The position numbers and the translations under genes are program-made. 33,189 nt of DNA from Acidimicrobiia bacterium. Lineage in GTDB: Bacteria > Actinomycetota > Acidimicrobiia > Spongiisociales > ZC4RG35. Of this stretch, positions 9,291-17,196 are shown piece by piece. Location of the stretch: the NCBI GenBank assembly GCA_036524475.1, contig DATDCF010000115.1:1-33189 (forward strand). The letters run 5' to 3'. How positions within the stretch are numbered: position 1 is the first letter of the stretch; every line of letters starts with the position of its first letter. The notes below the pieces were generated by a model that saw only the letters and a program-made list of their open reading frames with translations, had not been told where the DNA came from and did not search any database.

Positions 9291-12200
9291 GTGACCCGAC
9301 CTTTCATCGACCCAGGTTTTGATCACGATGCCTGCGGCGTCGGGTTCATCGCCGCGATAGACCGGGTACCCACCTATCGGCTCACCCGCTCGGCAGTGCA
9401 GTGTCTACGACGCCTCGATCATCGTGGTGCAAAGGCTGCGGACGGAACTGGCGACGGAGCCGGCCTACTTACCCAAATTCCGTATCGGCTCATTGAACGC
9501 GAACTCCGCGCCCACGGAATCGAAGCCGAGCGAGAGCGGCTTGCGGTGGTTATGTGTTTCATCCCTCATCTCGAAGCCGACCTATCTCGCTCGATCGTCA
9601 ACGAGGCGCTCGTCGCCGAAGGTCTGCAAATAGCTCTGTGGCGTTCCGTCCCCATCGACCCGGATGTACTCGGAGAGCATGCGCGGGAGACCCTGCCGCT
9701 GATCCAACAGGCGATCGTGATCGGCGATGTGAACGGAGTAGATCTCGAGCGTCGTCTCTTCCTGGCGAGAAAAAGGATCGAGCGCGACGCCAATCCGGGA
9801 CTATCAATTGCGTCGTCCTCGGGGTTAACCGTGGTCTACAAAGGCCTGTTCACGGCAAATCGAGTTGCCCGGTTCTATTGGGACCTTCGAGATCCTGACT
9901 TCGAAACCTCATTTGCCATATTCCACCAGAGGTACTCCACCAACACCTTCCCGTCTTGGGACAACGCACAGCCATTCCGGGTGCTTGCGCACAACGGTGA
10001 GATCAACACCATTCAGTCCAATCGGTCTTGGATGAAATCGAGAGAACGCGGAGCGTCTTCCGCAATATGGGGCAACCGCTTGCCCGACCTGTTGCCCTTC
10101 CTTCAGCCCGATATCTCTGACTCGGGGAGCCTCGACAATGCCTACGAACTGCTTATGCACAGTGGGCGATCTCTACCGCATGTCAAGGAGCTCCTGATCC
10201 CGGAGGCGTGGGAGAACGTGGCCGATATGTCTGCCGATCTGGCAGCTTTCTACGAGTACCACGCTTTCTTGACCGAGCCCTGGGACGGTCCGGCGGCGAT
10301 CGCAGTCACAGATGGCAAGTCTCTTCTTGCCGGCATGGATCGGAACGGATTGCGACCTGCCAGGTGGACCGTAACTCCTGACGTGGTCATCGTCGCCTCT
10401 GAAGCTGGCGTTTGTCCTGAGGAGGAGGCTCAGGCCCTGGCCACCGGTCAACTTGGCCCCGGCGAGTTGATCCTTTTCGATGGCGAAACAGGCGAGGTGC
10501 GCCACTCGACGGAAGCCAAGGCACGACTCGCAGCGATGCGACCCTTCGCTGACTGGGTGAGTTCCGAGACCCTCCGGATCGAAGCGCCATTCGACCCCTT
10601 CGCCGACAATCGATTCGATGCGAGTGCACTGGGTAGAGTTTTTGGCTACACAACAGAAGAAACCCGCTTGGTTCTGTCCCCAATGGCCGAGGGCCTGACT
10701 CCGACCGGGTCGATGGGGGATGACACCGGTCTCGCGGTTCTCTCCGATCGTCCCAGACGTCTCACGCGATACTTTCACGAGATGTTCGCCCAGGTGACCA
10801 ATCCGCCTATGGACCCGATTCGCGAGCATCTGGTCATGTCGCTTCGCATACAACTCGGGCGTCGCGGGCCGTTGCTAGAGGAACTTCCTTCTCAAGCACA
10901 TCTGATCGAATTGTCGAGCCCCGTTCTCTCTGATGCCGAATTGGAGAAACTGATCAGCTCCAGCGATCCGCGCTTTTTCTCTCACTGGATCGCCGCGACG
11001 TGGAACGCGTCCAGGGGACCGCAGGGAATGAAAGCGCGGCTCGACGAGATTTGTGAAGAAGCGGCCTGGGCTATTCGTCAGGGTGCGAGCATCCTTGTCC
11101 TATCAGATCGCGAGACCGATGCCGAGGAGGCCCCGATCCCGATGGTGCTGGTAGTCGGGTCGGTTCATCATCACCTCATCGACGGAGGGATCAGGGGTGA
11201 TGTCTCCCTGGTCGCGGTCTCAGGCGAGCCGCGCGACGCCCACGATCTCGCCTGTCTCATTGGATTCGGAGCGTCGGCGGTAAATCCGTACCTGGCTATC
11301 GATCGAGTAATCGGACTCACTACGTCTGGTTCGATCGACGCGACTTCGATCATCGCACAGGAGAACTATCGCAAGGAATTGGAGGCTGGCCTCCTGAAGA
11401 TCATGTCGAAGATGGGAATTTGCACCCTATCGGCCTACCGGGGCTCAGAATTGTTCGAGGTAGTCGGTCTGGCGGAGTCTGTCTGCCGTCGCGCCTTCCG
11501 TAACGCGCCGAGGCGATTGCGTGGTCATGACTTCGAGGAGGTAGCGCGGCAGGTGTTGGACCGGCATCAGTTATATCGAGAAGGTGAGGCCGAATCCGGC
11601 GGGTTCTACGCCCATCGGCGTGGCGAGGAAGTCCATATCACCGGACCCCGACCGGTTCTCGACCTGCAGAGAGCGGTCCGCTCCGGCGAGGCTGAGGCCT
11701 GGAATCGTTATGTGACGTCGATCAGCAATCGTCCACCTGCTGTAGTGCGCGACCTGCTGACTTTCGTGAGGAGGGAAGCTATCCCCCTCAATGAGGTTGA
11801 ACCCGTCGAGCACATTATGCGAAGGTTCACGACCGCCGCGATGTCACACGGATCGCTTTCCAAAGAGGCTCATCAGACACTTGCCGAGGCGATGAATCTG
11901 ATCGGGGCGCGTTCCAACTCCGGAGAGGGTGGTGAAGACCCGGCGCGATACGGGACCAAATTCAACTCGGCTATCAAACAGGTGGCTTCGGGTCGCTTCG
12001 GGGTAACCCCTGCTTATTTGGAATCGGCCGAGGAGCTGCAGATAAAGATGGCCCAGGGCTCCAAGCCCGGTGAGGGAGGCCAGCTTCCAGGTCATAAAGT
12101 CACGGCCGAGATTGCCGCTCTGAGGCACACGGAACCCGGGATAACACTCATCTCGCCGCCACCTCATCACGATATCTACTCGATCGAGGACCTTGCCGAG

Positions 12201-13613
12201 CTCATCTACGATCTGAAGGCCTTCAAGCCAGGAGCACGGGTTTCGGTCAAGCTGGTCAGCGAGCCAGGTGTCGGAACCATTGCCGTCGGAGTCGCCAAAG
12301 CCCAGGCCGACGTCATCACCATCTCCGGTTCAGAGGGCGGAACCGGCGCATCGCCTCTGATCTCGATCAAACATGCCGGATCGCCGTGGGAGCTCGGGGT
12401 CGCCGAGGCACACCAGGTGCTGGTGGCCAACGGCCAGCGTCGTAGTGTCGTTCTGGAAACCGATGGTGGTCTCCGGACCGGTCGTGATGTCGTCGTAGCC
12501 GCATTGCTCGGGGCCGAGCGGTTCGGATTCGGCACGCTGCCCCTGCTCGCGCTGGGTTGCAAGATGGTCCGCCAATGCCACAAGAACACCTGCCCCGTCG
12601 GTATCGCGACCCAGGACATGGAATTGCGTTCGAAGTTCGGCGGTGCCACCGAGCAAGTCGTTTCTTTGTTCGAACACCTTGCCGGGGAAGTCCGCCATTT
12701 CCTGGCCCAGTTGGGTGCTCGTTCGGTTGAGGAAGTGGTCGGTCGCGCTGATCTGCTTCGCCCCTCTGATCCGACCCATGCTCTGGCTCCGGACCTGACT
12801 CGCATCCTTGTCCGGGCGAGCGGGCACAAACGTCACGATGGGTATCGCCCCTTGCAGCTGTCGAGTCTGTCGGGCCGTCTTGTAAGTGACGCGGCGGAGG
12901 CGATCGAGTCGAAACAAAGGATTGACCTGAGTTATCCGATTCGAAACATCGATAGGGCGATCGGAAGCCGGTTGTCGGGCGAGATCACGAGTCGGTACGG
13001 CGATCGTGGGCTTCCAGAAAACACAATCAATGTCAGGCTGACAGGTACGGCGGGTCAGAGCCTTGGTGCGTGGCTGACCCATGGGATCTCCATGCACCTT
13101 GCTGGAACTGCCAATGACTTCGTGGGTAAAGGGATGGGTGGCGGGCTCATGTCAGTCACGCCGGTGCGGCTGGCCGAGACTCCACATGCGGCCGGTAATG
13201 CGGTCTTGTATGGCGCAACTGGGGGCACGTTGTTACTCGCCGGCCGGGCCGGCCAGCGGTTCGCTGTGCGTAACTCCGGTGCCACCGCCGTGGTCGAGGG
13301 CTGTTCCGACCATGCCTGTGAGTACATGACCGGCGGCACGGTCGTGATACTGGGCGAGGTCGGTCGAAACATCGCTGCGGGTATGACGGGCGGAAAGGTC
13401 TTCGTGTATGACCCCGCTTTCGATTTGAAGAACAAGCTCGCTGACACCGCGCCACCTGTACGTCAGATTGTTGAGTCGGAGACAGCACAGTTGGCGAGTC
13501 TCTTGGAGATGCACGCGGCGGTCACCAACAGCCCTGTGGCCATATCTCTCCTCCAAAGCGTCTCGTTGTGGGAGGAATTGTTTGCGGTAATTGCAGCCAA
13601 CTCGGACCCATAG
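9291..13613 (+). CDS. gltB: glutamate synthase large subunit
   Basis: 1440 aa. It has the N-terminal Ntn amidotransferase CGVGFIA, a central FMN/Fe-S domain (GEGGED, KMAQGSKPGEGGQLPG, CHKNTCPVGIATQD) and a C-terminal GXGXG beta-helix. GTG is the only in-frame start upstream of Cys1. Confidence 0.95.
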   Translation: MTRPFIDPGFDHDACGVGFIAAIDRVPTYRLTRSAVQCLRRLDHRGAKAADGTGDGAGLLTQIPYRLIERELRAHGIEAERERLAVVMCFIPHLEADLSRSIVNEALVAEGLQIALWRSVPIDPDVLGEHARETLPLIQQAIVIGDVNGVDLERRLFLARKRIERDANPGLSIASSSGLTVVYKGLFTANRVARFYWDLRDPDFETSFAIFHQRYSTNTFPSWDNAQPFRVLAHNGEINTIQSNRSWMKSRERGASSAIWGNRLPDLLPFLQPDISDSGSLDNAYELLMHSGRSLPHVKELLIPEAWENVADMSADLAAFYEYHAFLTEPWDGPAAIAVTDGKSLLAGMDRNGLRPARWTVTPDVVIVASEAGVCPEEEAQALATGQLGPGELILFDGETGEVRHSTEAKARLAAMRPFADWVSSETLRIEAPFDPFADNRFDASALGRVFGYTTEETRLVLSPMAEGLTPTGSMGDDTGLAVLSDRPRRLTRYFHEMFAQVTNPPMDPIREHLVMSLRIQLGRRGPLLEELPSQAHLIELSSPVLSDAELEKLISSSDPRFFSHWIAATWNASRGPQGMKARLDEICEEAAWAIRQGASILVLSDRETDAEEAPIPMVLVVGSVHHHLIDGGIRGDVSLVAVSGEPRDAHDLACLIGFGASAVNPYLAIDRVIGLTTSGSIDATSIIAQENYRKELEAGLLKIMSKMGICTLSAYRGSELFEVVGLAESVCRRAFRNAPRRLRGHDFEEVARQVLDRHQLYREGEAESGGFYAHRRGEEVHITGPRPVLDLQRAVRSGEAEAWNRYVTSISNRPPAVVRDLLTFVRREAIPLNEVEPVEHIMRRFTTAAMSHGSLSKEAHQTLAEAMNLIGARSNSGEGGEDPARYGTKFNSAIKQVASGRFGVTPAYLESAEELQIKMAQGSKPGEGGQLPGHKVTAEIAALRHTEPGITLISPPPHHDIYSIEDLAELIYDLKAFKPGARVSVKLVSEPGVGTIAVGVAKAQADVITISGSEGGTGASPLISIKHAGSPWELGVAEAHQVLVANGQRRSVVLETDGGLRTGRDVVVAALLGAERFGFGTLPLLALGCKMVRQCHKNTCPVGIATQDMELRSKFGGATEQVVSLFEHLAGEVRHFLAQLGARSVEEVVGRADLLRPSDPTHALAPDLTRILVRASGHKRHDGYRPLQLSSLSGRLVSDAAEAIESKQRIDLSYPIRNIDRAIGSRLSGEITSRYGDRGLPENTINVRLTGTAGQSLGAWLTHGISMHLAGTANDFVGKGMGGGLMSVTPVRLAETPHAAGNAVLYGATGGTLLLAGRAGQRFAVRNSGATAVVEGCSDHACEYMTGGTVVILGEVGRNIAAGMTGGKVFVYDPAFDLKNKLADTAPPVRQIVESETAQLASLLEMHAAVTNSPVAISLLQSVSLWEELFAVIAANSDP

Positions 13614-13692
13614 ACGTTGTCGGCCGCGATGGGAGTCGATCACACGTCCAAATCCCCTGTTTCCTGAGGTTCCTTGTTACTAAGTAGTCGGA

Positions 13693-14661
13693 ATGATCGA
13701 CTTCATCCTCGGAATTGGTCTCACCGCGCTCGCGATACGAGGTTGGTTTCGCGGTTTTGTCCGAGAAGTGTTGGACCTGGTCAGCCTGGTACTCGGGCTC
13801 CTCGTGGCTCTCTGGTTGAGCGGGCCGCTAGGAAACTTCCTCAGCGACCGGTTTTCGGTATCACCCGAAGTCGCCCGCGTTGGATCAGGGATTCTCCTTT
13901 TTGTTTTGTTCGGCGTTGCGATGAGCATTGCTGCACACTTTCTATCCCAGGTCATGCGGCTCCCCGGTCTCAACCTCATCAATCGCCTCGGGGGCTCGGC
14001 CGTGGCCGTCGCATGGGGTATTGCGCTGGTATTGGTATTGGTCAATGTGGGCAGGGTGCTTCCTCTACCGGAGAGCGTCGACCAAGCCGTAGCCGAGTCG
14101 AACGTCGTCACCGCCATTGCAGGGCCTGAGGCAGTCCCGCAGCGCCTTGTCGGCTCGATTGGGCTTCAGGGAATGCTCGGCCCGCTGCACTCGCTTCAGT
14201 CGTTATTCGGAACGTCTCGGGTTGTGCCCCGGGGCGACGAAGTGATCTCGATCCCACCGGCACCCGTGGATGAGCTCCGCCAGGTGCGTGACGATGTCGA
14301 TCTGGCAACGAATCGGATCAACGAAGCAAGGACCGGTGTGGGGAAAGGTGCATTGCTTCTGGTACCTGACCTTGTGAATGTCGCTGAATCCCGGGCGACG
14401 ACAATGTACTCGTCAGGCCGGGTCAGCCGGGAAACACCGATCGGAGGATCGGTCAGTGATGACCTTTCGGAGGCCGGCATCAGGCTGGAAACATCCGGTG
14501 AAGACATTGCGCTCGCCCCATCAACGAGGGCCGCGCTCGATGCCCTGTTCGATGATGAAGAGGCACGGGTCCTTCTGGAATCAGCAGAATTCGATCGCGT
14601 CGGGATTTCAATAGTGCAAGGGCCTACCGGGTTCCTTCTCATCGTCGTTTTCGGTGGCTGA
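13693..14661 (+). CDS. CvpA-family membrane protein fused to a C-terminal CAP/SCP-like extracytoplasmic domain
   Basis: The N-terminal ~130 aa has four TM helices with a CvpA-like start (MIDFILGIGLTALAIRGWFRGF). The C-terminal ~120 aa resembles the CAP/YkwD fold (GEDIA..., ...FDRVGISIVQGPTGFLLIVVFGG). Confidence 0.7.
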   Translation: MIDFILGIGLTALAIRGWFRGFVREVLDLVSLVLGLLVALWLSGPLGNFLSDRFSVSPEVARVGSGILLFVLFGVAMSIAAHFLSQVMRLPGLNLINRLGGSAVAVAWGIALVLVLVNVGRVLPLPESVDQAVAESNVVTAIAGPEAVPQRLVGSIGLQGMLGPLHSLQSLFGTSRVVPRGDEVISIPPAPVDELRQVRDDVDLATNRINEARTGVGKGALLLVPDLVNVAESRATTMYSSGRVSRETPIGGSVSDDLSEAGIRLETSGEDIALAPSTRAALDALFDDEEARVLLESAEFDRVGISIVQGPTGFLLIVVFGG

Positions 14662-15576
14662 TTCCACCGACGTGCCGCCCGCCGCCGGGCTGGTCGCAAC
14701 GTACGCGACACCGCCGAGCACAATTGCAGCACCCACCATCTGAACCGGGGATGGGCGCTCGTCGAAGATGAATGCGCCCCAGATCATGGTCAATACGGGC
14801 TGAATGAGGATGATGGTTGCGGTTTCGACCGCCGGCAGGCGGGGGAGCGCGTAGCCGATCAGGAGCCAACCCACCACCTGGGCCGTGAGCGCCAATGCGA
14901 TCAGCCATCCATGCGCCGGCCACGACGGAACGAAGTCGATACCCGGCCGGATAAAGATCCCGAGAAAGAGGGGGGTGAGTAGCGCCCCAAATGTTGCTTG
15001 TGTGAGGGGTCCGGCGGGCGGAGCGAAGGTGTCATTCGATGCCCTGAATCCGAGGATGAATGATGAGTAGAACAGGGCTGCGAGCAGTGCCAACACCGCA
15101 CCGAGGAAGGGGTTTGCCCCGAAGGCGTTGCTCTGGCCGATACCGCTCACCAATCCGACGCCGACCAGTACCACTGGGACCGCAACCATGATCCTCGAAC
15201 TGGGGCGCTCACCCAGGAAGGCCCACGCGCCCAGTGCGACCCAGATGACGGACGAGTTCGCGATCAGGGTCGCCAACCCGGCTCCGATGAAGTTGATCGA
15301 GGTATGCCAGAGAAGCACGTCGACACCTAGCATCAGCCCCGCTCCGATCGCTAGCCATTGGCTACGCCTGGGGCGGTTGTCTTTCGCCCGACCGATCCAC
15401 CAGATAATGCCGAGAATCGGAAGCGAGTAAGCGGCCCGGAAGAATGCCCCGGTGATCGGCTCGACGGCGGATAGAGCGAAGAAGATCGCCGAGAACGATA
15501 TGGCGACAGCGCCAATCAGCGCCGCACCGAGCGTGCGAGCTGAATGGTGAGCATTGTCAACCAGTGGTGTGGTCAT
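14608..15576 (-). CDS. EamA/DMT-family transporter
   Basis: 322 aa with about 10 TM helices and duplicated EamA-like halves. It lies 31 nt downstream of the WS/DGAT gene on the same strand. Confidence 0.85.
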   Translation of the reverse strand: MTTPLVDNAHHSARTLGAALIGAVAISFSAIFFALSAVEPITGAFFRAAYSLPILGIIWWIGRAKDNRPRRSQWLAIGAGLMLGVDVLLWHTSINFIGAGLATLIANSSVIWVALGAWAFLGERPSSRIMVAVPVVLVGVGLVSGIGQSNAFGANPFLGAVLALLAALFYSSFILGFRASNDTFAPPAGPLTQATFGALLTPLFLGIFIRPGIDFVPSWPAHGWLIALALTAQVVGWLLIGYALPRLPAVETATIILIQPVLTMIWGAFIFDERPSPVQMVGAAIVLGGVAYVATSPAAGGTSVESATENDDEKEPGRPLHY

Positions 15577-15607
15577 CGAATCAGACTAGGGGCAGCACGT
15601 ACCGGGT

Positions 15608-17032
15608 CTAGGACGCCGCTCCGGCCAGCCGCCGCAGTTCCCCGGCCGAGGTGTGCAGGGCGGCAATAAATCGATCCGTATCGGGAACGGCGTCGTAGTC
15701 GGCGTGAATGCCCCACTGCAACTCACCGTTATAAGAGAACAGGGCAACGCCGAGCCCGTGTTGTGACCAGAGTGGAACCAGCGGAAAGTTGGCTCGCATC
15801 TCTGACTCCAGCAGATACATGGGGAATTGGGGTCCGGGCACATTGGTGACCGTCATGTTGAATGGCCGCATCTTGGGGCCTGCGACGCGATTGGCCATGG
15901 AGAGAAGTGTGATGGGTGTGCCCGAGCTGAGTCCAACCAGGGTGGCGGCCCCGAGCGCCTGATTCGTCTTCTTCAGATTGAATGTTCGTTCCCGGATCAA
16001 CTCGAGACGGCGGGCAGCGTCCGGTTCGCTGACCGGGAGTTCGATCAGCCACATCGCGATTTGATTGCCCAGGGCACCTCTTTGGTCGGCCACCCGGGTT
16101 GAGACCGGATTCATCACCCTGAACTCCGAGTCGGACACGTCGAACCCGCGTTCCTTGATGAGAAACGACCGGATCGCTCCGGTGGTGATAGCAAGCACGG
16201 AGTCGTTGAGGGTGCCGCCGAGGCCCTTCTTTATCTCTTTCACCTCGTCGAGCTGCATCGAAGTCCAGTCGAAACGACGGTTGGGACCGATGTCCGGATT
16301 CAGTGGGGTTCGATCTGTGGTTTTCAGCCACCCTGATCGGAGGGAACTCATGGCTGCGGCCGACTTGTCGAGGGTCTTGTCGCTCAGTCCCTTACCTTCA
16401 CGGATGTTGTCGGAGAGGTTGGTCAGACGGTCGGTGAGCCGACGTGTTGCTTTTGCTGCCTCGGCAACAGCCAGTTGACTCGACGTTGGTTCGGGCCTCG
16501 GTTCCCATTCCGGTGATTCTTCGATCTCAGCCGAGGCAACGACGTTGAGGAGGATTGTCGTCAGGTCCACACCGGAGAGACCATCGATCATGCAATGGTG
16601 GATCTTGGCGATGAGGGCGAACTGATCATTTTCGAGACCTTCGACGACCCACAGTTCCCAGAGGGGCTTTTCCCGGTCGAGAGGCGTTGACATGATGCGC
16701 CCGGCAAGCCTCTTCAATTGCTCTTCGGTCCCCGGGCGGGGAAGTGAGGTGTGGCGGACATGAAAATCGAAATTGAAGTGCGCGTCGTCGACCCAGACCG
16801 GTCTCCGGTTGTAGGGCACCCATTCCAAACGCTGTCGATATCGGGGGATGTACTGCAACTTCGAATCGATGTGGGCCCTGACCTCGTCGATGTCGATCCC
16901 GCCGCTCTCGGTGAGCAGCGGTTTAGCGTCGAATATGGCAACACCGGCCACATGCATGTGAATCGACCGCGACTCCAGAGCCAGAAACGACGAATCGAGA
17001 AATGTCAGCGCCTCGTAATGAAAGTCAGTCAT
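15608..17032 (-). CDS. wax ester synthase / diacylglycerol acyltransferase (WS/DGAT)
   Basis: 474 aa with the catalytic HHCMIDGLSG (HHxxxDG) motif and length typical of the family. Confidence 0.9.
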   Translation of the reverse strand: MTDFHYEALTFLDSSFLALESRSIHMHVAGVAIFDAKPLLTESGGIDIDEVRAHIDSKLQYIPRYRQRLEWVPYNRRPVWVDDAHFNFDFHVRHTSLPRPGTEEQLKRLAGRIMSTPLDREKPLWELWVVEGLENDQFALIAKIHHCMIDGLSGVDLTTILLNVVASAEIEESPEWEPRPEPTSSQLAVAEAAKATRRLTDRLTNLSDNIREGKGLSDKTLDKSAAAMSSLRSGWLKTTDRTPLNPDIGPNRRFDWTSMQLDEVKEIKKGLGGTLNDSVLAITTGAIRSFLIKERGFDVSDSEFRVMNPVSTRVADQRGALGNQIAMWLIELPVSEPDAARRLELIRERTFNLKKTNQALGAATLVGLSSGTPITLLSMANRVAGPKMRPFNMTVTNVPGPQFPMYLLESEMRANFPLVPLWSQHGLGVALFSYNGELQWGIHADYDAVPDTDRFIAALHTSAGELRRLAGAAS

Positions 17033-17196
17033 GCAAACGTGAACATACCCGTTCCCGCGACCTCAAACCGCCTTCCGACGGTATATCACGCCACATGTGG
17101 CACTAGATGGGAAAAGTACGCCGACCTGGTTCGCCGATAGCGTTCTTTTGCTACGGTTAGTGACCCGTTGTTTGACGACCGCCAAGAGGTAACCCC

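Noticed and set aside
9291-13613. Numerous 60-255-aa ORFs on both strands inside gltB (and similarly inside amtB, thrA, metY and the nuclease gene)
   Set aside because: These are alternative-frame and antisense ORFs expected in high-GC coding DNA. Their products are Arg/Pro/Ala-rich and each is fully nested in a gene with strong family motifs.
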